DNA of 42,173 nucleotides from an uncultured Deferribacteres bacterium (GTDB lineage Bacteria; Zhuqueibacterota; Zhuqueibacteria; Zhuqueibacterales; Geothermadaptataceae), in assembly GCA_964014485.1 (NCBI GenBank), contig CAXHAT010000052.1, forward strand, positions 1-42,173, in the 5' to 3' direction. This document shows positions 26,087 through 35,338 of the stretch, piece by piece (position 1 is the first letter of the stretch; each line of letters opens with the position of its first letter). The position numbers and the translations under genes are program-made. Under the pieces are notes generated by a model, which saw only the letters and a list, made by a program, of their open reading frames with translations, had not been told where the DNA came from and searched no databases.

Positions 26087-28036
26087 TCAAACCGCCGACG
26101 CATTCGCCAGCCTTTTTTTAACATGCGGAATAATCCCCCCGTTCGCCATGATTGTTTGCATCGTTTTGGGCAAAATTTGTCCTTGAAACACCCGGCCGCC
26201 AATCGTGACTTCGCTGCGATTCAAATCGATATCCAACGCTGTCGCGTCTTCAACGGCGTCATAAAACGAATCGTCATCAATGATGAGAAACGGGATCGCT
26301 TCGTTGACCAGGTTGCGCTTGTGGATAAACGCGTAGCTTTTGGCAATCACAGCTTTTACCCCCGCTCCTTTCAACGCCCACGCCGCGTGTTCCCGGCTTG
26401 ATCCAGAGCCCCACCCATCTCCCGCGACGATAATGTTTTCGCCGTATCGCACTCTTCGAGTAAAATCTGGCCGGACATGAAAAAACGCCTTTTCGCCGAG
26501 CTCGGCAATATCCGACAAGTGGCAAAATTCACCGGGAATCATCGCGTCGGTGTCGACGTGATCGCCGAAAAGTTGCGCCTTGCCGGAAAAAAGCATGGCG
26601 TCACTCTTGAGCGAACCGTTTGCGCTGACCGCTTTTTCCGCCGTGCGTTCGCTTTTCGGCTCGGTATAAATTGGTTGTTGAAAGGAGCCCTCGCGACGCA
26701 CTATTTCATTGAATCGATCACGATCAATTTTTTCGATCAACGGTCTCGGATCACGGACTTTCATGTCAAGAGCGCTGGCCGCAACCGTCGGTGCGCTCGC
26801 CAGCCACGCCAAACTGCCCTTGCCCATTCGGTTCGGGAAATTGCGGTTTTGCGAAGAAAGCCAGACTTCGCCCGGTTTGGCGCGGTCGCTGGCAATGCCC
26901 AAACACATGCTGCACCCCGGCTCGCTGACGCGGAATCCGGCGCGTTCGTAAATTTCCAGCAGACCTGCGTTTTGCAAATTTCGCGCAACTTCCAAACTTC
27001 CGGGCACAACAATCCGATTCGAGTTTTCAATGGGACGCTCGCTATTCTTCAAAGCCTGTTCAAGCACGAATGCACCCAAAATCAATTCTTCTTCCGTCGT
27101 GGTGCACGCGCCGATAAAACAGCCGTCAAGCGCTTGGCCCGTCGCTTCAGTTACAGAGAAAACGTTGTCCGGCGAAAAGGGCTTCGCGACAAGCGGCGTC
27201 ATGTTGCGAAGATCAATGACAAATTTCTCCGCATAGTTTGCGTCTTCATCAGCGCGGAACCAAAAACCGCCTTCGCGAAACTCTTTTTTTCGTCGATTGC
27301 GCATTGTTTTCATCGTCTGAACATCCGCAGGAAAAATGCCGTTCAATCCGCCAAATTCCGCCGTCATATTCGCGATGGTAAAGCGAAAATCGGTGGAAAA
27401 ATCTTCCATGAAATCAGCAGTGAATTCTACGGTGCGCTCCATAGCGACAGTGTTACGCCCAAGATCGCCGAGCGTTTTCAGGATGACGTCCTTGCCGGTC
27501 AAACCAAACGGCAATTCGCCCGCGTAGTGAACGTTGATCGCTTCCGGAACTTGAATCCACGAGCGTCCCAAAACCATCGCCACGACAATATCCGCACCGC
27601 CGAGCCCGACCGCAATCGCGGACATGCCGCCGTGGGAGCTGGTGTGGCTGTCGGCACCGAGCACAATTTCGCCCGGACGCACAAGCTGCCGAAAAAATTC
27701 GGTGTGCATGATGGTTTCGTTCGCGTCGTAAAAATAGGTCAAGTCAGCGTCTTTGGCGAAGCTGCGCGAAAGCTGGACGAGTTTTTGAGTGCGGGCGTCA
27801 TTGGCTAAGGTCTGCGAATCAACGGTATGATCGAGCGCAAGATAAAAGCGGTCTTTATTAAAAAGCGGCGGTTTATCCAGCGCTTTCCACGTCTCGTTCA
27901 TGCCGTTCCAGGCCAACTCGCTGGCGATCGTCCAATCCACGGAAATGGTGACAATATCCCCGGCCTTGACGAAATTTTCCGGCCAATTGATCGCGTGTTG
28001 TAAAAAGATTTTTTCCGTTAACGTCATGCCCGCCAT
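26087..28036 (-). CDS. Aconitase-superfamily dehydratase with fused large and small subunits (LeuC-LeuD/homoaconitase-like)
   Basis: DH, DSHT, GACT and CSMC 4Fe-4S ligands, NRNFPNRMG, swivel domain DTDAMIP and GSGSSREHA. Confidence 0.9.
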   Translation of the reverse strand: MAGMTLTEKIFLQHAINWPENFVKAGDIVTISVDWTIASELAWNGMNETWKALDKPPLFNKDRFYLALDHTVDSQTLANDARTQKLVQLSRSFAKDADLTYFYDANETIMHTEFFRQLVRPGEIVLGADSHTSSHGGMSAIAVGLGGADIVVAMVLGRSWIQVPEAINVHYAGELPFGLTGKDVILKTLGDLGRNTVAMERTVEFTADFMEDFSTDFRFTIANMTAEFGGLNGIFPADVQTMKTMRNRRKKEFREGGFWFRADEDANYAEKFVIDLRNMTPLVAKPFSPDNVFSVTEATGQALDGCFIGACTTTEEELILGAFVLEQALKNSERPIENSNRIVVPGSLEVARNLQNAGLLEIYERAGFRVSEPGCSMCLGIASDRAKPGEVWLSSQNRNFPNRMGKGSLAWLASAPTVAASALDMKVRDPRPLIEKIDRDRFNEIVRREGSFQQPIYTEPKSERTAEKAVSANGSLKSDAMLFSGKAQLFGDHVDTDAMIPGEFCHLSDIAELGEKAFFHVRPDFTRRVRYGENIIVAGDGWGSGSSREHAAWALKGAGVKAVIAKSYAFIHKRNLVNEAIPFLIIDDDSFYDAVEDATALDIDLNRSEVTIGGRVFQGQILPKTMQTIMANGGIIPHVKKRLANASAV

Positions 28037-28046
28037 TGAATTATCC

Positions 28047-28165
28047 TTATACTATTGTCCCTGATTTTGCATCCATTCCTAACCTGGCAATTAGGATAAA
28101 TCTATTTGGCCAATTTCACAGGGTCTGCCCAATAGATTCATCCTGAATGACAAGCCCGGACGACC
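28047..28165. repeat. Degenerate second copy of MITE family E (opposite orientation)
   Basis: TTATACTATTGTCCCTGATTTT resembles the reverse complement of the 12778 end; AATCTAT ... ATAGATTCATCCTGAATGACAAG palindrome. Confidence 0.55.
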
Positions 28166-28198
28166 GATTTAAGATTTATAAACTTACACCAATCAACA

Positions 28199-30415
28199 TT
28201 ATTTAATGATCAACCATTCAATGCCCCGCGCTGGAATTTTGACCGGCACTTCAATTCTAAACTTTCGATCCAGCGCGTATTCTTGCGACGCGCCGGAAGA
28301 AGTTCGGACACGCGCATTTTGGCCTAAGCCGGTGTAATAAAGCGGCAAAGCAATCGTTCTCGCGATCTCGGCGCTCGTCGGGTTGTAGAGCATCGCCAGG
28401 CCTTTGGTTCGCAATTTCGGATTCACGTGCAGAACGCCGTCCCAATCGCGTCCGTCCGCACGCTGCAGGTGGATCATGTCGGAGTCGAGAATGGCGCGAT
28501 TGGCCTTGTAAAAATCGACCCATTTTTTGACGACGGCTTTCGTCGCCGGAGAATCGAACAAACGCGGCCCGCGATAACATGCTTGCACGCCGGAGCCAAA
28601 ATTTTGCGCCAGGTGCGCGCCGTAAGCGTCCAGGTGCTCAGACAGCGGTTCAAGCGTCGCCGCCGCACCGCCGCCGTGATACTCGACGAGCGGCACAAAC
28701 ATCCAGCCCATGCTCGGCGTTTTCTCCCACGTGCCGTCGAAAATATTCTGACGACCAAGAATAATTTGGCGTTCGCGCGGCAAAGACCAATTCGTCTCGC
28801 GATATCCCATCGCCACCTTGTTCGATCCGCTGAGAAAATAAAAATCCGGCACATTGAGATAAACGCCCTTTGCGCGGCACCACTTGTAAAAATCAGTGAT
28901 CATGCGCCATTGTCGCCACTGCGAATCCTCCATTCCGTCGTGACCGGGGTGGCTGGTTGAAGCGCAAATGTCGCCGGGGTAGGAGCCGTCGTGTTCGAGC
29001 AAATCGAGTCCGGTTTTTTCGTAAAGCTGACGCAATTTGCGAAAATAGTCTTTTCCCCAAGCACTGCCGAGGCATGGCGAATTTCCGAAAATCATGCCGC
29101 CCGGCTTACCCGTTTTCGGATTGATCGCGTCATGTTCAGGGCTGATTTTTCGACTGGCGAGCAGAGAATAACCGCCAAGTTCAACGCCTTTTTCGTGCGC
29201 GTAATCGGCCAACGCTTTGATTCGCGACAAATACTCCGAGCTTTCGTTCTCGGCGTCAAAGCCGCTGCCAAAGGTCAAAATCACCATCTCAAAACCGACT
29301 TCCGCGCTTTGGTCAATCGCCAATTTTACGGCTTCGGGTTCGGCGCGGCGCACGTGCATCAAAATCGGGTTTTCCGTCGCCCAGGGCGAGAGCGTGCGAT
29401 GCATCCGGCGCACCGCCAACCCTTTCCGCTCGCGATCTTCGCTGTCGTAAACCAATTCGTAAGTGCGAAAAGATTCAAAGGTTTGTCCCGGATCAATCCG
29501 TAAGTTCGGGCCAAGCGGCGGACGCGACTCTAACAAATTCGGCGTTTTGCGCTGATAATTCACTTGCGACAAATGCTGCGAATCCGGAACCCAAAACGTA
29601 GTTTTATTCGAACTCTGCAAATCCATGCCGCGAAAGGCGTAGTCGCTCAAAACTTCAATGTTCGGAAAGCGCCAGCGTTTTGGCGGCTCAACGATAGATT
29701 CATACTCCACGACGGCAAGTTGCTCGCTGATAAAACGATTCAAGCGCACGGTTTCGTCGCCGCCGTTTTCGATTTCAAGCCATTTCGCCAGGAGCGGCAA
29801 ATCCTGATAAATTTCGTAATGAATTTTGACTTTCAAGTCAGCGTATTTTTGAATCGGCGCCCGGAAATGCAATGTCAGCATAGCGCCGGGCGGCGGCCAC
29901 GGACGGCCTTCGCTGTAGCGCTTGCGGTTCCATTCAAATCGCGGCTGAATCGCGTCAACCTCAAAATGTGAAAAATGAAAAGCTCGGGGATCGGCTTGCA
30001 GGGAATCGAGCCATTCCTGCTTGAGATAACCGTATTCTTCCTGACCAACGAGGCCGCCAACAGAAAACGTCGCGTTATCTAAAACGATGACGGCTTCTGA
30101 TTTCACGCCGCGCAAGATCGCAGCGCCGGTCATCAAATTATCAAAAGCGACGGTTGCGGCGTTCGGCGACAGTCGGATCACGCGACGAATCAAGCCATTG
30201 GCAAGCGCGATTTCATTGGCGTTTTCCGTGCGATAAACAGCAGCTTTTGCACTGGTCGGTTGAATGAGCCAATCTTCTTTCGCGGAAGTCGGCCAGGCAG
30301 GTTCTTTGGGCAGGCGTTCAGCGCTGGCAGGCTGCGCCGCCAACTCAAAAGCAGCGCCGAGCAAGAATCCCGAGCAGATGACAAGAAATTTCAAAGCGAC
30401 AAATCGACGCTTCAT
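28199..30415 (-). CDS. Secreted glycoside hydrolase, alpha-galactosidase/GH36-like (clan D)
   Basis: Signal peptide; TIM-barrel-like segment VGFEMVILTFGSG, SPCLGS.W, EHDGSYPG; family assignment from recognition only. Confidence 0.65.
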   Translation of the reverse strand: MKRRFVALKFLVICSGFLLGAAFELAAQPASAERLPKEPAWPTSAKEDWLIQPTSAKAAVYRTENANEIALANGLIRRVIRLSPNAATVAFDNLMTGAAILRGVKSEAVIVLDNATFSVGGLVGQEEYGYLKQEWLDSLQADPRAFHFSHFEVDAIQPRFEWNRKRYSEGRPWPPPGAMLTLHFRAPIQKYADLKVKIHYEIYQDLPLLAKWLEIENGGDETVRLNRFISEQLAVVEYESIVEPPKRWRFPNIEVLSDYAFRGMDLQSSNKTTFWVPDSQHLSQVNYQRKTPNLLESRPPLGPNLRIDPGQTFESFRTYELVYDSEDRERKGLAVRRMHRTLSPWATENPILMHVRRAEPEAVKLAIDQSAEVGFEMVILTFGSGFDAENESSEYLSRIKALADYAHEKGVELGGYSLLASRKISPEHDAINPKTGKPGGMIFGNSPCLGSAWGKDYFRKLRQLYEKTGLDLLEHDGSYPGDICASTSHPGHDGMEDSQWRQWRMITDFYKWCRAKGVYLNVPDFYFLSGSNKVAMGYRETNWSLPRERQIILGRQNIFDGTWEKTPSMGWMFVPLVEYHGGGAAATLEPLSEHLDAYGAHLAQNFGSGVQACYRGPRLFDSPATKAVVKKWVDFYKANRAILDSDMIHLQRADGRDWDGVLHVNPKLRTKGLAMLYNPTSAEIARTIALPLYYTGLGQNARVRTSSGASQEYALDRKFRIEVPVKIPARGIEWLIIK

Positions 30416-30430
30416 ATTTGATTTTAAGAA

Positions 30431-30650
30431 TTGATGTTACGCGACAATGATATGGCATTTGATTAAAAGCTTTGCTTCACACGTCATTCCTGCAGAGGCA
30501 GGAATCCAGAAAATGGTGCACGGCCACTGGATTCCTGCCTCCGCAGGAATGACCTTGAAAAACCGTTTTTGGGTCAAGCAGCTTTTACAATATTCGACGT
30601 GACCGAAAACCAATCTACGACATGCATTACTGGCAAGCGCGTAACATGAG
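30431..30650. mobile_element. MITE family A copy 5 (different arms, REP variant)
   Basis: TTGATGTTACGCG ... CGCGTAACATGAG; perfect 7-bp duplication TTAAGAA (30424-30430, 30651-30657); GTCATTCCTGCAGAGGCAGGAATCCAG / CTGGATTCCTGCCTCCGCAGGAATGAC doublet. Confidence 0.85.
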
Positions 30651-30709
30651 TTAAGAATTTGAGATGAACTTGTAGAAACCAGTTTTAAATCAGGCGGCGA
30701 CGAAAGCAA

Positions 30710-31276
30710 TTAAACAAGTTTTCTCAATATCATCAAAATCGAATCATCCGGTTCCATTTCTTGATATAAATCCTTCGTCAAAATCTCGAACGCATCAGGA
30801 ATCATTCCTTCAAGCTCATCCATCAAATAGTACTTGAAATACAAGCCGTGATGCTCTTCAATTTTGTCCCCATGCCAGAACGTGTGGCAAACGAGCCCGC
30901 GCTTATTGAGCAAACGCAATTGGTTTTTTAAGGAGAGCGCACAATCTTCTTTGGCCGCGTGATGAAGCACCTTGTTGCTGAAAATGCAATCAAAAGTCCT
31001 CTCGGTTTTTAGCTCAACGGCGTCGAGCAAGACGAGATCAGCGTCAGGGTTATTTTTTCGGTAAATGTCGAGGAAAGTCTGCGACAGGTCAGAGCCGGTG
31101 GCTTTGTACGTTTTTTTCAACATGTCCAAATCCGTTCCCGGCCCCATACCCAGCTCCAACAAAGAAGCTCCGGGCGACAGATATTCTTGCAACTTTGCGA
31201 TGATTTCTGCGCCGTCATAACCTTCGCACATTTTGATGTACGACGCGACATTCGCAGGATCGTCAAAATAATTCAT
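30710..31276 (-). CDS. Class I SAM-dependent methyltransferase
   Basis: LLELGMGPG motif I, GSDLS, DA, FDCIFSNKVLHH. Confidence 0.9.
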   Translation of the reverse strand: MNYFDDPANVASYIKMCEGYDGAEIIAKLQEYLSPGASLLELGMGPGTDLDMLKKTYKATGSDLSQTFLDIYRKNNPDADLVLLDAVELKTERTFDCIFSNKVLHHAAKEDCALSLKNQLRLLNKRGLVCHTFWHGDKIEEHHGLYFKYYLMDELEGMIPDAFEILTKDLYQEMEPDDSILMILRKLV

Positions 31277-31287
31277 GGACGACTCAC

Positions 31288-32142
31288 CTACCTGCGCTTG
31301 ATATTAACGTACTCAAATTTTGCGGTTATCTCGAGGTATTCTTCGGGGAAATCTTCCGGCAGCTTCTCAAAAGGAGCGGACATGTTGACGGCGTTGACGC
31401 TGGTTTTCATCAACGATTGGTGGCCGCGATAATCGAGCAAGTCGAGCGCTTCCATCTTGCCGTTTTTGTTGATTCTGAAGCGCAGGAATGTGGTTCCGCC
31501 AATCAAACCAAGGCGTGTAAAAGCCGTGGGCGGGAAAATATTTCGGTCGATCTTGCGCTTGAGCCTAAGCATGTAGGGCGCAAAATCCCAAGCGTAGGTA
31601 TTGAGCGAAAAATCGCCCAAATCCAGCGTTTTCGATTCCTTGTTTTTGCGGCGCTCCTCCCGCATTTGCTGAACCGGGTCATTGGCTTGCGCCGTCAGTA
31701 GCTCGCGAGAAAAGTTGCTTTTTACCGGGGGCGGCGTTGCAACCATTTGCCCTAAATCTTTGGGTTCCTGTTCGGCTTTTTTCTCCGGCTCAGGAGGTTG
31801 CTGTATTGCTTGCTGTTGAAAGCGCGCGCTTGAGCTTTCTTCAGAAAACGCTTCGTCGATCTGCAAATCTTCAGGAGAAACATTGTTTTGAGCCTGAGCT
31901 GTCTTGTCAGAAAGAAAGGGCGTTTCCTGTTTCGGCTGCTCGATCTCGGCTGATTCCGGCGACTCAACCAGTTCGAAAACCAGGGGTTTCTTTTCCGGCG
32001 GCTGCTTTGCCAGGAACTCTTCCGCCGGACTGACAAAAATATCGAGTCCCAACATCGTGCTTGCGCCGAAAAAGAACAGAATGTGAATCAGGATCGACAG
32101 AACGACTGCGGTTCTGAAAGCGTTTTTGAATAATTTTTTCAT
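31288..32142 (-). CDS. TonB/TolA-like energy transducer with TonB C-terminal domain
   Basis: N-terminal TM with S...H (LSILIH), Pro/Glu/Gln-rich linker, C-terminal LRFRINKNG..AVNMSAPFEKLPEDF. Confidence 0.8.
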   Translation of the reverse strand: MKKLFKNAFRTAVVLSILIHILFFFGASTMLGLDIFVSPAEEFLAKQPPEKKPLVFELVESPESAEIEQPKQETPFLSDKTAQAQNNVSPEDLQIDEAFSEESSSARFQQQAIQQPPEPEKKAEQEPKDLGQMVATPPPVKSNFSRELLTAQANDPVQQMREERRKNKESKTLDLGDFSLNTYAWDFAPYMLRLKRKIDRNIFPPTAFTRLGLIGGTTFLRFRINKNGKMEALDLLDYRGHQSLMKTSVNAVNMSAPFEKLPEDFPEEYLEITAKFEYVNIKRR

Positions 32143-32183
32143 ACGTTGTGAAGACGAAGCAAGCCCGACGTTCGTTCTGATGA

Positions 32184-32951
32184 TTATTTCGGCATTTTGA
32201 AAATTGCGTCGTCAATCTCCACGTTCACTTCAATCGATTCAAGCGTCATCGTGTTCGCTCCACCGCCGCCCGGGCCTCTCCGCCCGCCGCGCCCGCCAAA
32301 GCCGCCGCCTTGCGTGGTGACGGAGTGTGCGACCATAATTCCGGAAACCGGCTTGAAATCGCTGAACAATGTGGTCACTTCAACTTTTTCGCCGTCCGGC
32401 GAAGTTCTCTCCACAGAACGTTTTATTTCAAGAAAATACTCGTCGTCGATGAAGGAATGGAAAACGCCGCCGTCTTTGTCCGTAACCTTTAGCTTAAACA
32501 CTTCCGTGCCTTCAAATTCTTCCTGACCGGCCAATTCCACCTCGAAACCTTTTTCTCGCGCATGAACCAGCGGCCCGGTCAAATCGGCCATACGCAGGAC
32601 GCTTTCGCCGCGCCCGCCCGGAAATTCCTGCGGCTCGCTGCTGCCGCGAAAGGGCATAATTCCCCAGGCCTTTTCGCCGTCGTAGGCTTGCACCATGGTT
32701 TGCCCGCGCATTTCCATCTCGTTGCGCACCATGTTTGGCAGTTTGATGTAGCGGACAAATTTTGCTTCAAAACGCCCGCCGCCGCGTGAACTTTTCCCTG
32801 AAATTTTGAGCGTCTTGATCGCCGCCAGCTTCTCCAGCCCGCCGACCGCTTCGATATGTTTTTTTAAGATTTCTTCCGCGGTTTGTGCCAAGACAAAATT
32901 TGCGGTCGCCAAAAAACAGGCGGCGGTTAAAATTTTATTCAAACTTCTCAT
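32184..32951 (-). CDS. Secreted LolA-like / outer-membrane lipoprotein-sorting family protein
   Basis: Signal peptide, QTAEEILKKHIEAVGG, YDGEKAW, FSDFKPVSG, EVNVEIDDAIFKMP. Confidence 0.75.
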   Translation of the reverse strand: MRSLNKILTAACFLATANFVLAQTAEEILKKHIEAVGGLEKLAAIKTLKISGKSSRGGGRFEAKFVRYIKLPNMVRNEMEMRGQTMVQAYDGEKAWGIMPFRGSSEPQEFPGGRGESVLRMADLTGPLVHAREKGFEVELAGQEEFEGTEVFKLKVTDKDGGVFHSFIDDEYFLEIKRSVERTSPDGEKVEVTTLFSDFKPVSGIMVAHSVTTQGGGFGGRGGRRGPGGGGANTMTLESIEVNVEIDDAIFKMPK

Positions 32952-33077
32952 CACCCCTCCTTTTGTTAAAAGTCTGTTTCTTATTCAAATCGGTTCCATT
33001 ATTTAAAACGAAAAACATAGAAGGTCTCGCGGGAACATTCAAGCAAAAACTATGAATTCAAAAAAGGAGAGATTTTC

Positions 33078-33431
33078 ATGGGCAAACCCGTTGTTCATTT
33101 CGACATAGGCTGCAAAAACCTGGAAACGGTCACTGAATTTTATTGCAAACTGTTCGATTGGTCGTCCAGCGAAAACGGTTCGTTGTCGCAGCACATCTCG
33201 ACAAACGGGGGCAAGGGCATTGACGGCGCAATTACCAGCCTGGGACACGAACCGCACAATTATGTGATGATGTATATGGAAGTGGAAGACGTGGCCGAGT
33301 ATGTGAAAAAAACCGAAGACCTGGGCGGCAAAATGCTTATTCCCCCAACCGATGTGCCGGAGCAAGGCCAATTCGCCTGGATGACCGACCCCGAAGGCAA
33401 TATGTTCGGCCTTTGGAAGCCTTTGAAATAG
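33078..33431 (+). CDS. VOC (glyoxalase/bleomycin resistance) family protein
   Basis: AGGAG RBS; PVVHFDI, FY..LFDW, DPEGNMFGLW. Confidence 0.92.
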   Translation: MGKPVVHFDIGCKNLETVTEFYCKLFDWSSSENGSLSQHISTNGGKGIDGAITSLGHEPHNYVMMYMEVEDVAEYVKKTEDLGGKMLIPPTDVPEQGQFAWMTDPEGNMFGLWKPLK

Positions 33432-33603
33432 TTGAAAGCGCATGTTTGGCGGATTTAATCAAAGTTATGCTTCTCGCCTGATGCTTTGTCATCTTTAAGA
33501 ATGCGACTCACATGCAACCGTAACCGCTCAACAACCCCGAATTCTGTCACTGTCATGAAGGCGGAAGTCCAGGTTTTGAATAATCCAGATCAAACCATCG
33601 CGC

Positions 33604-34902
33604 TCATTTTTCCTGAACATTCAAATTCTTCGCGACGCTTTTGTCCTTGCTGACGCGCCAGATTTTCGAGTCGAGATAGTAATGCTGCATCGCGAACCCG
33701 ACGATAAACGCGGCAAACATTTGTTCGCCAAGGCCAAGCGCCGCCGGATTTTCAATCCCGGCCATCATACCGATTGAATTCAGCATGACTTCGTCGAGCT
33801 GCAGCCCCAGAGTTGATTTCAGCCAGCCGATCCACGGGCCTTTGTAAAAGGCAAAAGTAAAAATCAAGCCGACCGTCGCATAAATTGCAAAATTCTTAAA
33901 AAGCCATTTGACAACGCGAAACTGGCGCTCACGCTTTTCAAGATATTTGTTCTGAGCGTATTGATAGACAATGCAATGATACTGAATGTTGTGGCCCACC
34001 GTCACCAACGGCACAATAAAAACCGCCATGATGGGGTGACTAAATGCGACCAGATGGAGCGGAATGATCAAAGCCATGTAAAGCAACTTGCTGCCGTTAA
34101 GCGTTTTGCCTTCTTGCCACAATTTGAATTGGTAGCCTGCGTAAAAAAGCAGCATCCCCAGAAAAATCGCCCAGGTGACGGGGTACAGAATGGAACCAAC
34201 GCTCATTTCTCCCCAAATCGGCGTACGCAAACCTAATTCTGGCTGCCCCGGAGTTTGGCTATAAAAAGCGCTGGTCATAAACATCAGCAGCGGCATGTAA
34301 AGCGTGGTGTTGAAAAACCATTTGTCGATTTTATCATGCCTGCCTCCGTTGTCGAAATCGCTGTTTTTGCGTTTGTACAAATTGAAGAAGCCCCAATGCT
34401 GCCGCACAACGTGGTAGTAAGCCCAAAGTCTAAACAGAACAAAGAAAATCAACGCGCCAAGCGCGAGCGTCTCTGATGAGAAAGTGTAGCCGAAGCTCGG
34501 GGAGACGCCGCCAATCAGGTAAGGCGTAAAAATAAAGGCTGGTCCGACCAGAAACCAAACAAACGAGAAAAGAATCTCCCGCCGCCGCACCTTCCACTCG
34601 TCCGGGTCAAAAAGCGTACGCCCCAGGGTGGCCCAAACGTGCGGCGCATCCAGAATAAACGCCCAACTGATGAGAACAAGGAAACGCAGATTCAAGGGAA
34701 TTTCAAACGCTCCCAGCGAGATGACGGCAAATGCGTCTTCGAGCGGATTTTCGAGCGTCATGATGGCGAAAAGAATAACGCCGACATAAAGCCAGCCCGC
34801 CAAAGCTGAGCCGATATAAAACATCAGATCTTTTTTCGGGTCGAGAATCCAAGCGAAACGGATTCTTGGCGCTGCGTTTGTTCCTGAAATTCCGTATTCC
34901 AT
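33604..34902 (-). CDS. Polytopic membrane protein with His motifs
   Basis: About 9-10 hydrophobic segments; PHVWAT, YHVVRQHWGF, GHNIQYH, QHYYLDSKIW. Confidence 0.75.
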   Translation of the reverse strand: MEYGISGTNAAPRIRFAWILDPKKDLMFYIGSALAGWLYVGVILFAIMTLENPLEDAFAVISLGAFEIPLNLRFLVLISWAFILDAPHVWATLGRTLFDPDEWKVRRREILFSFVWFLVGPAFIFTPYLIGGVSPSFGYTFSSETLALGALIFFVLFRLWAYYHVVRQHWGFFNLYKRKNSDFDNGGRHDKIDKWFFNTTLYMPLLMFMTSAFYSQTPGQPELGLRTPIWGEMSVGSILYPVTWAIFLGMLLFYAGYQFKLWQEGKTLNGSKLLYMALIIPLHLVAFSHPIMAVFIVPLVTVGHNIQYHCIVYQYAQNKYLEKRERQFRVVKWLFKNFAIYATVGLIFTFAFYKGPWIGWLKSTLGLQLDEVMLNSIGMMAGIENPAALGLGEQMFAAFIVGFAMQHYYLDSKIWRVSKDKSVAKNLNVQEK

Positions 34903-35087
34903 TCTTCCGGCGATTTTGGAGTTTTGACGCTGAATTTGCGATGAAGAAAATAATGAATCATTCGACCGTCACAAGTCATTTTCAGTTGAAGAGCACGACG
35001 AGCCGCTTAAACGGACGCGATTCTTTGGCTTTTCGCAGGATTATTTTTTCTTTCCCTTGAGTTGTCTTCAAAATCCGGACGGCAATT

Positions 35088-35289
35088 TCACTACCTGACA
35101 CTTTTTGTATAGGTTTCTAAAATTGGCGAAAAAGGCCGGAATTGTCATGCTGGAAGCATCTTTTTTGATCCGACCCTTGAACTTTTGAGCATGACCTGCA
35201 CTGGGCGATAACAAAGATTCTTCCAGAATGACAAAACGAAGCCTTTCGACGGCTCGAAAATACAGTTTACAAAAAGTGTCAGGTAGAGA
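35088..35289. mobile_element. MITE family D copy 2
   Basis: TIR TCACTACCTGACACTTTTTGTA / TACAAAAAGTGTCAGGTAGAGA; perfect 10-bp duplication GACGGCAATT (35078-35087, 35290-35299). Confidence 0.88.
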
Positions 35290-35338
35290 GACGGCAATTC
35301 GCCGAAAAACAGGAGCCGTACTCTTTAAACTCTCGATT

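Noticed and set aside
26477..27808. 443-aa plus-strand ORF, also 14769-15809 (+) and 8648-9562 (-)
   Set aside because: Antisense shadows of well-supported genes, with no recognisable motifs.
35228..35338. N-terminal extension of the OPT transporter ORF
   Set aside because: The ATG lies inside MITE D and the extension has no transporter features; a downstream start is more plausible.
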